In this document: in pieces, positions 12,615-23,021 of the stretch
Position numbering within the stretch: the stretch's first letter is position 1
How the letters are laid out: each line of letters begins with the position of its first letter
NCBI GenBank assembly: GCA_039193385.1
Contig: JBCCWR010000003.1
Span: 1 to 60,531, forward strand
Reading direction: 5' to 3'
Length of the DNA stretch: 60,531 bases
Origin: Verrucomicrobiota bacterium
Lineage (GTDB): Bacteria; Verrucomicrobiota; Verrucomicrobiia; Methylacidiphilales; JBCCWR01
Program-made: the position numbers and the translations under genes
The notes under the pieces: generated by a model
What the model was told of the DNA's origin: nothing
The model's database searches: none
What the model saw: only the letters and a program-made list of their open reading frames with translations

Positions 12615-13476
12615 CGTACTCTGCTTTGGCGAAGTGCTATGGGATTGTCTGCCCCGAGGGCTATTTATGGGAGGCGCACCGTGCAACGTCGCCTACCACC
12701 TTCAACAAAGTGGCATCACAGCTAACCCTGTTACGGCTGTAGGTCAGGATTTTCTAGGACATGAAATCGTACGGCGCATCAAAAATGCGGGACTCTCCGA
12801 TCAGTTTGTTCAAACCATCCCGGATAAAATGACAGGCGTTGTGCAGGTGCAAATCAATGAATTAGGCAATGCAAAATATGACATTACGGAAGACGTTGCC
12901 TGGGATTATATCTCCCTAGCTCAAGGCCTGGAAGAAGCCGCTATAAAGGCTAGTGCCATTGTATTTGGAAGTCTCGCACAACGCTCTCTACCCAACCGCG
13001 CTGTCCTGGGTGCCCTGCTTCATGATGCATCTGATGCCATGAAAGTTTTCGACGTCAACCTGCGCCCCCCTTTTGATGATTTACATCTTGTGCAAACACT
13101 CTGCTCAGAATCTGACCTCATCAAAATGAATGGAGACGAACTGAAACGTCTGACCGGCACTTCAAGCAATGACCTCGAAAAACATGCCCGTAAATTTGCT
13201 GAACTTTTATCAGGTAAGGATAAAATTTTTTGTATTACAGATGGAGCCAACGGTGCAGGATTACTTATCAAAAATAAATGGCTGTGGGAGAAAGCCAAGA
13301 AAATCGAAGTAAAAGATACCGTTGGCGCGGGAGATTCCTTCCTTGCCGCACTGATCAGTGAATTACTCCATGATAAAAAGCCGGCTGAAGCCCTTGTCAA
13401 AGCATGTCGTCTAGGTGATTTCGTTGCCTCATCTGATGGAGCTATGCCCTCATACAAATGGGAAGATATTGGTTAA
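12598..13476 (+). CDS. PfkB-family fructokinase
   Basis: GEVLWD, GGAPCNVA, FDVNLRP, DTVGAGDSF; overlaps the upstream gene. Confidence 0.9.
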   Translation: MTKTHNVLCFGEVLWDCLPRGLFMGGAPCNVAYHLQQSGITANPVTAVGQDFLGHEIVRRIKNAGLSDQFVQTIPDKMTGVVQVQINELGNAKYDITEDVAWDYISLAQGLEEAAIKASAIVFGSLAQRSLPNRAVLGALLHDASDAMKVFDVNLRPPFDDLHLVQTLCSESDLIKMNGDELKRLTGTSSNDLEKHARKFAELLSGKDKIFCITDGANGAGLLIKNKWLWEKAKKIEVKDTVGAGDSFLAALISELLHDKKPAEALVKACRLGDFVASSDGAMPSYKWEDIG

Positions 13477-13489
13477 GGCGGGTTAAATC

Positions 13490-15205
13490 CTATTCCGAAC
13501 GTTCCAGAAGCGTCTGCTGATCTCGCAGGAGGTCATGAAGACTAATAACCCCAAGCAGTTGTCTTTTATTCTCATCGCCAACAAGAGCCATGTCATAAGC
13601 CGCTTCGATAAATTTATTTTGCAATTCTCCAAATGTTTCTCGAGAGGTGGTCCATATTGGATGAAGTAACTCTGGTATCCTGTCTTCGGCAAAAGCCGTC
13701 TCTGCATCTTTTCGTCTCAACACCCCCTTCACTTCTCCATCCATCACCACAGGAAAACGATTATAAGGATGCTTAACAAACATCCTCTCGAGGTATTCAT
13801 GATCTAACTGCTCTAGAACAACCACATTATAGCTGGCGGATGTAGCCACCGTGCGCTGTTGCCACTGACGCAGATCTCGCGGCGGAACCATACTACTAAG
13901 ATTATGCCCATCCTGCTCCAATGCCTGCTCATAAAAATTATTTTTCAAATAAACACGAGCAATCAACTGACTCACCAACGTAGCCAGCATGAGTGGTGGA
14001 ATAAACAAAAACTCATGTGTCATCTCAAAAATCATAAGAATAGCCGTAATAGGCGCACGCACGACTGCCCCTAAGCAAGCACACATACCAACAACCGCCA
14101 ACAAAGTCCCATCACCATCCGTCACAGGCATGACTTCTTTGAAGACACCCGATAGCGAAGCACCTATCATGCCTCCAAAGAAAAGGGTCGGAGCAAAGAT
14201 GCCACCACAGCCACCGGTTCCATAAGAAAACATTGTCGCAATGAACTTAGCCACTAAAAGTGCCAACGCCACCTGCCATAACATATGACCATGCAAAGCA
14301 TCATTGAGATCAACATAGCCTAAACTAAAAACACCCAGTCGTTTAAAAGCATAAAAAATGACCATCGCGCTAATCCAGGTCACCAAACCACCCACGCATG
14401 GTTTTAACCAGGGCGGCATACGTATCCACTTTTTACATTTACCGCGCAACCACAAACACTGACGCTGAAACTGCAACCCAACAATGGCAGCAACCACAGC
14501 CACCACAGGAGTTAAGACATAACCAACCCAGGTCACCTTTTCGATATCTCCGATAATAAAGGCCGGATGATCGCCTAAAAAAGCATGCGTTACCAGAGCT
14601 CCCATAACCGATGCCAGAAGAACTCCACCCAAGAAACGACTGTTAAGGTCTCCAACGATTTCTTCCAAAACAAAGGTGATGGCTGCAAGCGGCGTATTGA
14701 AAGCAGCCGCCAAGCCAGAAGCGGCTCCCGCAGCCGCTGCACTGCGACGTTTCTGTTTAGGAGTGCCCAACCATCCACTTACCCAGGACGCCAGACCTCC
14801 GGCCAGTTGAACCGTCGGGCCCTCACGTCCTAAACTAAGCCCACCGCCCACACTGAGTGAACCAGCAACAAATTTAACCAGAACTGTTTTCAAAGGCACG
14901 TAGCCAAAATCTTTCCAGAAAGCGAGCTTCATTTGTGGAATACCACTACCTGCAGCATCTGGCGCAAAGTGGCTCAAAAGCCAGCCTGATATAAGACTAC
15001 AGAGCATGATGACCAGGAAACTGCCCCCGGCAAAAACCTCCAGAGACATTTCTGATAAATGCTCCTGAGTATGAACGAAGATCAATTCAATACTTTTATG
15101 AAAGGCAACCGCAACCAGCCCCGCAATAAGACCCAGCACCACACTAGTCACAATATAAGGAGCGCGCGCCCATTGCTTACGTAATGCTTGAACGACTCTC
15201 TTCAT
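13490..15205 (-). CDS. CLC chloride channel/H+ antiporter with CBS domains
   Basis: GSGIPQ, GREGPTV, GGIFAP, C-terminal CBS pair. Confidence 0.92.
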   Translation of the reverse strand: MKRVVQALRKQWARAPYIVTSVVLGLIAGLVAVAFHKSIELIFVHTQEHLSEMSLEVFAGGSFLVIMLCSLISGWLLSHFAPDAAGSGIPQMKLAFWKDFGYVPLKTVLVKFVAGSLSVGGGLSLGREGPTVQLAGGLASWVSGWLGTPKQKRRSAAAAGAASGLAAAFNTPLAAITFVLEEIVGDLNSRFLGGVLLASVMGALVTHAFLGDHPAFIIGDIEKVTWVGYVLTPVVAVVAAIVGLQFQRQCLWLRGKCKKWIRMPPWLKPCVGGLVTWISAMVIFYAFKRLGVFSLGYVDLNDALHGHMLWQVALALLVAKFIATMFSYGTGGCGGIFAPTLFFGGMIGASLSGVFKEVMPVTDGDGTLLAVVGMCACLGAVVRAPITAILMIFEMTHEFLFIPPLMLATLVSQLIARVYLKNNFYEQALEQDGHNLSSMVPPRDLRQWQQRTVATSASYNVVVLEQLDHEYLERMFVKHPYNRFPVVMDGEVKGVLRRKDAETAFAEDRIPELLHPIWTTSRETFGELQNKFIEAAYDMALVGDENKRQLLGVISLHDLLRDQQTLLERSE

Positions 15206-15422
15206 CCACTCAGACGACTCCTACGAGTTGGAGCTATTAATTCCATCCATTCCACTCTCAAAACAGCACGAAAATGTATAGACACTCGCACACCTTGTCA
15301 CTCACGGTTTTAAGATAAAATAAAAAAACTTACCTAGGAGAAATGATATTGGAGGATAGCATCAGATTGACAGAAACTTGTGATCTGACTTTCAGAAGAA
15401 AGACACACCAAAACTCTAGCCT

Positions 15423-16733
15423 CTAGCTTCGATTCTTTACCCCAGCATTAATGGTTTTGTGCCAGTTGCGAACAACTTCAAGGAGATCACGAACAAGCTC
15501 GGGATATTGAGTGGCCACATTATTCTTCTCACCGATGTCTTCTTTGAGATTATAGAGTTCCGTATTCTTAAAATTCCTGTCTGTGATCAGCTTATAATCA
15601 CCACGCCGGACAATCAGATTTCTTTTTATGCCCCAGAAGACATCCCGGCTCGGTAGCGATGTCGCCTCAACGAGATGCGGCACAAGATTCACTCCATCAA
15701 TCTCTAATGAATCCGGCAATCTCGCGCCGGTCAAAGCAACAACCGTCGGCAATAAGTCGGCTCCCATTAGGGTTTCATCAGACACGCGCCCGGGTTGAAT
15801 GGCCCCGGGCCACCATGCAAGCGTGGGCACACGATGCCCACCCTCGTAGTGGCTGCCCTTGGTGCCTCTCAAAACACCAGCCGACCCTTGGCCGACAGGA
15901 CCATTATCCGATGTAAAAACTATGAGCGTATTATCGGCCAAACCAGCTGCTTCAACCGCCTGTCGAATAAGCCCGATCCCTTCGTCCATAACTTCTATCA
16001 TCTCTTTGTAGATTTCAGGAGTTGCTTTGTCGAGGCGACCTTTCTTGCCTTCCCCGGGAATATACTGCGGTGCGCTTTTGCGACCCTGAAAAGGGTAATG
16101 CGGAGATTCATGAGCAAGATAAAGAAAGAAAGGTCGATCCTTATGCCGATGAATAAATTCGGCGCCGTGCTTCGTAATGAGATCCGTAGTATAGCCCTCC
16201 TCAGGGACCAACTGATCCTGTTTCCACCAGTCCTCGACTCCAGTCTGATCGATGTGGATGTGATAATCGACATTGCCACTGACAAAGCCGATAAATTCAT
16301 CAAAGCCTTGGTGAATCGGGTTAAATTCTGGACCGTAGCCGAGGTGCCATTTGCCAAAGAGTGCTGTGGCATACCCGGCAGACTGCGCAACTTCAGCAAT
16401 CGTCAACTCCTCAAGCGCAAGACCTGTGTGTCGATGACCTGCGGCTGTGACGACGCCGGTGATACCCGTACGTTGTTGGTAGCGCCCAGTCAATAAGGCT
16501 GCACGCGATGGGCTGCAAACGGCCCCATTTGAATGAAAGTCGGTGAACAGAATGCCGTCTCTAGCGAGCGCATCAATATTCGGAGTTTCAGCTAGTTGAC
16601 TCCCGAAGCAACCAATATCTGCATAGCCGAGATCATCGGCCACGATCAGGATAATATTCGGTTTGCGTTCCGCGTTGACCGTCTGAGCCAATAGCAAGAG
16701 TGCCATGAGGAGTTGCATTACGGTTATTTTCAT
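15423..16733 (-). CDS. Secreted arylsulfatase (FGly-dependent)
   Basis: PNIILIVADDLG, CSPSRA, GKWHLG, FTSDNG; signal peptide from ATG 16733 (track start 16757). Confidence 0.93.
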   Translation of the reverse strand: MKITVMQLLMALLLLAQTVNAERKPNIILIVADDLGYADIGCFGSQLAETPNIDALARDGILFTDFHSNGAVCSPSRAALLTGRYQQRTGITGVVTAAGHRHTGLALEELTIAEVAQSAGYATALFGKWHLGYGPEFNPIHQGFDEFIGFVSGNVDYHIHIDQTGVEDWWKQDQLVPEEGYTTDLITKHGAEFIHRHKDRPFFLYLAHESPHYPFQGRKSAPQYIPGEGKKGRLDKATPEIYKEMIEVMDEGIGLIRQAVEAAGLADNTLIVFTSDNGPVGQGSAGVLRGTKGSHYEGGHRVPTLAWWPGAIQPGRVSDETLMGADLLPTVVALTGARLPDSLEIDGVNLVPHLVEATSLPSRDVFWGIKRNLIVRRGDYKLITDRNFKNTELYNLKEDIGEKNNVATQYPELVRDLLEVVRNWHKTINAGVKNRS

Positions 16734-16762
16734 TGGCTTACAAATCTGGATAACCATCAGGC

Positions 16763-17737
16763 TTAGTTGAGGCTTTCTGGCAAGGTAAAGAGATCATTTT
16801 CAGAAATTTCCTGCCTATCAACACCTGGACCTTCAAACTCCAGTTGCAAGCGTCCAGCCCCTGGCACATTGTAGTATTCCACTTCAATGCGATAGAAGCT
16901 TGGTGTGTCTATCTCCACCGATGCGGAAAGATTACGCCATCCACTAAATCCGGTGCTCTCAATCAAAGGTGTCGGATCATCGTTTAGATAGAGACGACTA
17001 CCACCTTCGGAGCCGAGATAAAAATTCCAAATCCCGCTCGAGGGTATGTTGATATAACCTACAAAGAATGTCGTAGTGGACGAGTATGCAGAGATTTCAG
17101 AAGATTGGTTAGCAAAGTTAATCCTATCGCTGGTGCCAGTGAAGGTTAGATTGATGGGGTCAGATTGAGAGTCCACCAATACCGCAGAAGATAAATCTGT
17201 ATCATAAGTATATGTGGAGACACCTTTTTCAAAAAAATTGAAAAAATCATCTTGAGGCATTTCTTGCCGTTCAACGCCTGGACCCTCATACTCCAGTCTC
17301 AGCTCGCTAGCTCCAACTTCATTTTGGAAATAAAGAACTTCTATTGGATAGTATCCAGCGTTGAGTTGAACCGTATTAGATTCCGTCTTCAGTCTATGTT
17401 TTCCGTCATTGTCAACTGTCGGAGTAGTAGAGCCGTCAAGGTACAACCGACTCCCATCGTCTGAACTCAAATGAAAAGTCCAAGTGCCACTCGTAGGGAT
17501 GTAAACCGTGCTAAGAAATCTCAAAGCAAAAGCCCGATCTGACGTTCTGGGGTCTATATTTATCTGATCCGCCAGCCCAACCGCAGTCGGGCTGAACTCA
17601 TTAAAATCTATACCCTCTAATTGCGTAAGGTTTACTTCATATGCCTCATAGTAGATACCTCGGGACATCGACCAAACCGATGATAGACCAAAAGACAGCA
17701 AAAAAAGTATCGTCGCAGGGCTTTTAAAAGTTTTCAT
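16763..17737 (-). CDS. Secreted tandem PA14-domain protein
   Basis: Signal peptide; two copies of 'IPxSGxWxFxLxS(D/E)xGSRLYL...IEVxY...LxLEy/fEGPGV.RQE'. Confidence 0.85.
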   Translation of the reverse strand: MKTFKSPATILFLLSFGLSSVWSMSRGIYYEAYEVNLTQLEGIDFNEFSPTAVGLADQINIDPRTSDRAFALRFLSTVYIPTSGTWTFHLSSDDGSRLYLDGSTTPTVDNDGKHRLKTESNTVQLNAGYYPIEVLYFQNEVGASELRLEYEGPGVERQEMPQDDFFNFFEKGVSTYTYDTDLSSAVLVDSQSDPINLTFTGTSDRINFANQSSEISAYSSTTTFFVGYINIPSSGIWNFYLGSEGGSRLYLNDDPTPLIESTGFSGWRNLSASVEIDTPSFYRIEVEYYNVPGAGRLQLEFEGPGVDRQEISENDLFTLPESLN

Positions 17738-18127
17738 GGCGGGGAGGGGAGGGGGTAATCTTATATGCGGACAATATTCAATAACCTAAATAGTAATACT
17801 TGTAAAAACAAAAAATGGCCTATTTATAATATATTCCATATACTTGGAGATCAACTTCCGCATCCAATGCGACGGCGTCACTCTTTCCTCAAAGTCGGAC
17901 AAGCGATTGCTCCGCCTTTTGGCTAAAAGCTTGTTTAACCCCTGGCAAGTTCCGCTAAGCCTATTTCATTAAGACCATTACTTGCTAATGAACTAAGCGA
18001 TCTTGCAATGACAGCAGTGGCAAAGCCTTTGAAGAAAAAGCCCCACAAATAACGGACCATAAAAGTCCAGCTAACCATTCTTTTTCCATTTGCCCTGACA
18101 CTAACAGCTTATTACAACTATTAGTTC

Positions 18128-19138
18128 ATGAAAGTCGCAGTTGTTTTAGGCGGAGCCAGTGCTGAACGGGATATCTCACTGGCCAGTGGAGCACAAGTTC
18201 TTCAGGCACTACAATCCAAAGGGCACAAGGTGATAGCAGTTGATACCGCGCACGGCCTTCTTTCTTCGGATGCCTGTGAGCAATTGATTCATACCACCAT
18301 TCAAACAGCACCTCCCTCCAGCGAGGAATTAGCGCGTTTATCCCAACAAACGGCTCAGGTTTTGAGCCATACCAAAGAATTGAGCGAAGTCGATGTGGCT
18401 TTTCTGACTTTGCATGGCGGAGCCGGGGAGGACGGTACCATCCAGGCATTTTTAGATACTATGCAAATTCCCTACACAGGCTCCGAACACAAGGGAAGTG
18501 CTCTAGCTATGGATAAAGACATTTCCAAACAACTTTTTACCCATGCTGGTGTGCCTACGGCTCCATGGATGATGGCACCTACAACTCGCGATACCATAGC
18601 CTCAAAGTTCAGCTACCCTGTGGTGGTAAAAGCAAATAAACAAGGTTCATCCGTAGGACTTTATATTGTTCAAACATGGGAAGAGCTCGAAAAGTCTATA
18701 GAGAAAACCTTCCAATTTGATGATGAGGTGATGATCGAACAATTCATCGCCGGCCGTGAACTCACTGTCGGCATTCTAGGCGATGAACCGCTTTCTGTGG
18801 GCGAAATCTTTCCGCTTGGTTCGGATGTCTTTGACTACCAGAGTAAATATCAGGCCGATGGCGCGCGCGAAGTTTTTCCGGCAGATCTCAGCACGGAGTT
18901 AACATACAAGGCACAGAGCCTGGCACTCAAAGCGCATCGTGCCTTGAAACTTCGCGACTACAGCCGAGTCGATTTCCGCCTTGATGCAAATAATCAATTC
19001 TGGTGCCTGGAAGTGAATACGCTTCCCGGTATGACCTCACGCAGCCTTCTCCCCCAAAGTGCTGCCGTGAGTGGTTATAGTTTTCCCGACTTTTGTGAAA
19101 AAATTTGCCTTATGGCTCTCGAAAGAAAGAATACTTAA
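18128..19138 (+). CDS. ddl: D-alanine--D-alanine ligase
   Basis: GGASAERDIS, LHGGAGEDG, GSSVG, DYQSKY, EVNTLPG. Confidence 0.95.
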   Translation: MKVAVVLGGASAERDISLASGAQVLQALQSKGHKVIAVDTAHGLLSSDACEQLIHTTIQTAPPSSEELARLSQQTAQVLSHTKELSEVDVAFLTLHGGAGEDGTIQAFLDTMQIPYTGSEHKGSALAMDKDISKQLFTHAGVPTAPWMMAPTTRDTIASKFSYPVVVKANKQGSSVGLYIVQTWEELEKSIEKTFQFDDEVMIEQFIAGRELTVGILGDEPLSVGEIFPLGSDVFDYQSKYQADGAREVFPADLSTELTYKAQSLALKAHRALKLRDYSRVDFRLDANNQFWCLEVNTLPGMTSRSLLPQSAAVSGYSFPDFCEKICLMALERKNT

Positions 19139-19147
19139 GCCTGACGT

Positions 19148-20335
19148 ATGAAATACCGCCGATTTGGTCGAACCGAACTTCAGATGCCCGTCTTTTCCTG
19201 TGGTGGTATGCGCTACCAGCATAAGTGGGAGGATGTAGCTCCTGCTGACATCCCGAAAAAAAATCAAGAAAACCTCGAAGCCACCATTCATCGCGCTGTG
19301 GAAGTTGGTATCAACCATATTGAAACAGCTCGAGGCTATGGCACATCTGAAATGCAGCTGGGTTGGGTACTGCCTCAATTGCCTCGTGAATCTATTATCG
19401 TACAAACTAAAGTTGCCCCGAGTGCGGATCCTCAAGAATTCCTTGATACGTTTGAAAAATCCATAAGCTACCTCCAGCTTGACTATGTCGATCTCCTCTC
19501 AATTCATGGTATTAACAACAAGGAACTTCTGGAATGGACGATGCGGCCAGGCGGTTGCCTCGAAAAAGCGCAACAATTTCAGAAAGAGGGACGGGTTCGC
19601 CACATTGGCTTCTCCACACATGCGCTATGCCATGACATTCTAAATGCCATTGAAACGAACGCCTTTGATTACGTCAACCTGCACTGGTACTTCGTCAATG
19701 AATTTAACTGGCCTGCTATCGAGGCTGCACATAAGCAGGATATGGGAGTCTTTATCATCTCTCCCAACGACAAAGGTGGTATGCTCTACAAACCATCCCC
19801 TGAGCTGGTTGAACTCTGCCACCCCCTCCACCCCATGCAGTTCAATGATCTATTCTGCCTCCACCGCCCTGAAGTACATACCTTGAGCCTTGGTGCAGAC
19901 AAACCTTCAGACTTTGATGAACATGTCTCCGCCTTACAGTGGTATGATGACATTGCACAAACCATCACACCTATTGAACAGCGCTTGCGTCAAAAACTAG
20001 AAGACACCCATGGTAAAGAATGGATGGCAACCTGGTGGCAGGGTATCCCGCACTGGCATGATTGTCCGGGAGAACTGCAAGTTCATGAAATGCTCCGACT
20101 CTTCACCTTCGTCAAAGCATTTCATTTAGCTGAATATGGGCAGATGCGTTACAACCTCCTGGGTAATGCGGATCACTGGTTTGCCGGTAAAAACGCCAAA
20201 GCAGATTTTGATGAAATCGCCTTAGTCGAAGCTTTAAAAAACAATCCCTTTGCTCAAGAGATCCCGGCCAAACTACGTGAACTCAACCGGCTTTGTGCAG
20301 GCGAAGAAAAGAAACGTCTCAGTCAGGGGGATTAA
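19148..20335 (+). CDS. Aldo/keto reductase family protein
   Basis: MKYRRFGRT, IETARGYGTSE, QTK, HIGFSTH. Confidence 0.9.
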   Translation: MKYRRFGRTELQMPVFSCGGMRYQHKWEDVAPADIPKKNQENLEATIHRAVEVGINHIETARGYGTSEMQLGWVLPQLPRESIIVQTKVAPSADPQEFLDTFEKSISYLQLDYVDLLSIHGINNKELLEWTMRPGGCLEKAQQFQKEGRVRHIGFSTHALCHDILNAIETNAFDYVNLHWYFVNEFNWPAIEAAHKQDMGVFIISPNDKGGMLYKPSPELVELCHPLHPMQFNDLFCLHRPEVHTLSLGADKPSDFDEHVSALQWYDDIAQTITPIEQRLRQKLEDTHGKEWMATWWQGIPHWHDCPGELQVHEMLRLFTFVKAFHLAEYGQMRYNLLGNADHWFAGKNAKADFDEIALVEALKNNPFAQEIPAKLRELNRLCAGEEKKRLSQGD

Positions 20336-21230
20336 GCTTTTTACTGTTAACACAAAAAACCAATAAAATTAAGCCAAGCATCACAAAAGAAACCAGTCCA
20401 CTGACGAGATCATAACCCCATAAATAATTTTTCCAGAATTCAATCTCATTAAAATTCACACGGTCTGTTAATTTCTCCAATGATTTCTGGGAGAAGACCC
20501 ACCCCGCATGTAACCCTGCCGCTGCCCAGATAGTGCGATATTTATAGACGAGCGCACATAGGCAGAGCCCAATGAGAAAAAGTCCACAGCCTCGCATACC
20601 CAGGCTAACCCAGCCTCGCTCATCCTGAAAAAGAGTTCCCCAGACTTCAAAGCCACTCAACCAAGTGACATCCCCTTGAATGTGCCTGGCCTTAGCAAAA
20701 TGGGCCACAGAATAGAAAAGCGAACTTAGGACAGCTACAAGCATAGGCAGCTTCTTCTTCTTATGATTCAAGCCGTCTACCAGGTAGAGAATGGCTAGAA
20801 AAAACACCCCACGAAACAGAACCTCCTCCAGCAGCCCAACCACACCGCCTGCGGCCAGATAGCTCAAAACTTTTCCAAAGCTCAACTCAGGCACCCATGT
20901 TCTGCCACCCGCCAACAACATAAATGCCACAAGCACAACCAAACTGCCTACACCCAGCAGCCATCCTCTTAAAAAACTTTGGCCCCCATTTTTATCTGCC
21001 GCTAATCCTATTTTGTCTCGCCACCCTGATCCTGTGATTTTCCAGTACCACAACAACGGCACCAATAACAACAGCGCATCGATCATCAGGACTCGGTTAA
21101 ATACACGCTTAAATGGAAATGCATGGGGCCATAAGGCATCCACAGCCCAAAACGCAGGAGGACTCAAGAGGGCCGTCAGCACAAACAACCCCAGGAGAAA
21201 GATTAAAAATCCATTCAGCAAACGCCACAT
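20319..21230 (-). CDS. CPBP/CAAX (Abi) intramembrane protease
   Basis: EEVLFRG, FYSVAH, LHAGW motifs; multi-TM; probable ATG 21230. Confidence 0.85.
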   Translation of the reverse strand: MWRLLNGFLIFLLGLFVLTALLSPPAFWAVDALWPHAFPFKRVFNRVLMIDALLLLVPLLWYWKITGSGWRDKIGLAADKNGGQSFLRGWLLGVGSLVVLVAFMLLAGGRTWVPELSFGKVLSYLAAGGVVGLLEEVLFRGVFFLAILYLVDGLNHKKKKLPMLVAVLSSLFYSVAHFAKARHIQGDVTWLSGFEVWGTLFQDERGWVSLGMRGCGLFLIGLCLCALVYKYRTIWAAAGLHAGWVFSQKSLEKLTDRVNFNEIEFWKNYLWGYDLVSGLVSFVMLGLILLVFCVNSKKLNPPD

Positions 21231-21369
21231 TTCCTTATCCTGCCACTGTATCCTTAATCTTAAACAAAAATTCCTTCGCACGCTCCTTGTCGAATCAGTT
21301 GACTCATCATCGCCTATCTGAAACAATTCATCCCCTTAGACTAAAATTTTATCTGATAAATTGATTCAC

Positions 21370-22335
21370 ATGAAAGACATTGCTCCCTTGGAATTTGAAA
21401 AACCAATCGTTGAATTGGAAAAAATGCTCGCTGATCTAAGCAAGCATTCCGGCAAGCATAACATTGATATTGAAAGTGAGACCAACCGGCTTGAAAAGAA
21501 AATCGCTGACACACGTCGAGAGATCTATAGCAGCTTAACACCCTGGCATCGTGTGCAAATAGTGAGGCACCCCAAACGCCCCTACACGTTGGACTACCTT
21601 AAAAGTATTGCGGATGATTTTTCTGAGCTTCATGGCGACCGTCGCTATATGGATGACAACGCGCTTGTGGGAGGCTTCGCCACCATCGATGGAGAAAAAG
21701 TTATGGTCATAGGCCATCAGAAAGGAAGAGACACAAAGGAGAATGTCATGCGTAACTTCGGCTGTGCTCACCCGGAGGGCTACCGTAAAGCACTCCGCCT
21801 TATGCAAATGGCTGATAAATTCAGTTTACCCATTATTACTTTTATTGACACTCCGGGAGCCTACCCTGGCGTTACGGCTGAAGAACGACACATTGCAGAA
21901 GCTATCGCTGTGAATATACGCGAAATGTTTACCTTAAAAGTTCCTATACTGGGCATTGTTATCGGGGAAGGCGGAAGCGGTGGTGCTTTAGGTGTCGGGG
22001 TAACAGACCGTGTTCTTATTATGGAGAATGCTTATTACTCGGTTATTTCACCTGAAGGCTGTGCCAGTATTCTCTGGAAAGATAGAGCGTACGCACCGGA
22101 CGCGGCTTCCGCATTGAAGATGAGCGCCCATGATCTTCTGGAAATGAAATTAGTAGATGAAATTATTGCGGAACCTCAGGGTGGTGCTCACTACGACTGG
22201 GACACTGCAGCCATCAACCTGAAATCGTCTCTGCTTAAGAATCTGCGAGAGTTAAAAACAAAATCAGTCGAAGAATTACAGGAAATGCGCCACGGTCGTT
22301 ATCGTGCCCTTGGGCACTTCATTGAAAATGCTTAA
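21370..22335 (+). CDS. accA: Acetyl-CoA carboxylase carboxyltransferase alpha
   Basis: LEFEKPI, RHPKRP, ELHGDR, IDTPGAYPG, GEGGSGGAL. Confidence 0.98.
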   Translation: MKDIAPLEFEKPIVELEKMLADLSKHSGKHNIDIESETNRLEKKIADTRREIYSSLTPWHRVQIVRHPKRPYTLDYLKSIADDFSELHGDRRYMDDNALVGGFATIDGEKVMVIGHQKGRDTKENVMRNFGCAHPEGYRKALRLMQMADKFSLPIITFIDTPGAYPGVTAEERHIAEAIAVNIREMFTLKVPILGIVIGEGGSGGALGVGVTDRVLIMENAYYSVISPEGCASILWKDRAYAPDAASALKMSAHDLLEMKLVDEIIAEPQGGAHYDWDTAAINLKSSLLKNLRELKTKSVEELQEMRHGRYRALGHFIENA

Positions 22336-22471
22336 TACTGATATCTTTGGTTTCAGGTAGTAAGCATGAGCATAGGATGAAGAATATCTTCTACTTCCTG
22401 TTAATAGTTGAATTATTAGAAAACTGAGAGCTGCATAAAGTGACCGACTGGCAGCACCCAAAATAATTCGA

Positions 22472-23005
22472 TTATTCCTTAGGCTCTTTAGTCTCCTTAG
22501 GCTCGGCCGCTTTCTTAGCTGCGGTCTTCTTTTTTGTAGTTTTCTTAGCCGCTTTTTTAGCCGTTGCCGCAGCTTTCTTCTCAGCCTTAGCTTCCTTTTT
22601 AGCTTTTGCTTTTTCGCTCTTGGCTTTCTTTTTCGCAGCTTTTTCTTCGCTACTCTTAATAAGCGCGCGCTTGTCCGCCTTTACGATCATCTGACCTCGG
22701 CTGTTACGCAAATAGAAAAGTTTAGCACGACGTGGTGCTCCAGGACGTTCTACTTCGATGCCCACCACTCGTGGTGAATGGAGAGGAAACACTCTTTCTA
22801 CGCCTTCACCATGACTGATGCGACGTACGGTAAAGCTTTCATTGATACCACGCCCTTTACGTGCAATCACGATACCTGAGAAAGCTTGAGGTCTTTCTTT
22901 TTTACCCTCAACTACCATTGTTGTTACTTTAACCGTGTCGCCCACTTTGAAGTTTGGGACTTCTTCTTTAAGTTGATCGCTCTCGATCTTATCAATAATC
23001 ATCAT
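22472..23005 (-). CDS. rplS: 50S ribosomal protein L19 with Lys/Ala-rich tail
   Basis: [30 protein letters not shown]. Confidence 0.97.
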   Translation of the reverse strand: MMIIDKIESDQLKEEVPNFKVGDTVKVTTMVVEGKKERPQAFSGIVIARKGRGINESFTVRRISHGEGVERVFPLHSPRVVGIEVERPGAPRRAKLFYLRNSRGQMIVKADKRALIKSSEEKAAKKKAKSEKAKAKKEAKAEKKAAATAKKAAKKTTKKKTAAKKAAEPKETKEPKE

Positions 23006-23021
23006 AACGTTTCCTCAATTT

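Noticed and set aside
15795..16496. 233-aa plus-strand ORF
   Set aside because: Antisense shadow of the well-supported sulfatase; no motifs
17867..18053. MRRRHSFLK Tat-like start of a decayed gene
   Set aside because: Stops after 19 codons with no supporting homology; could be chance
18128..19138. VanA-type resistance ligase
   Set aside because: Retains DYQSKY (Tyr) of D-Ala-D-Ala ligases; no van genes nearby
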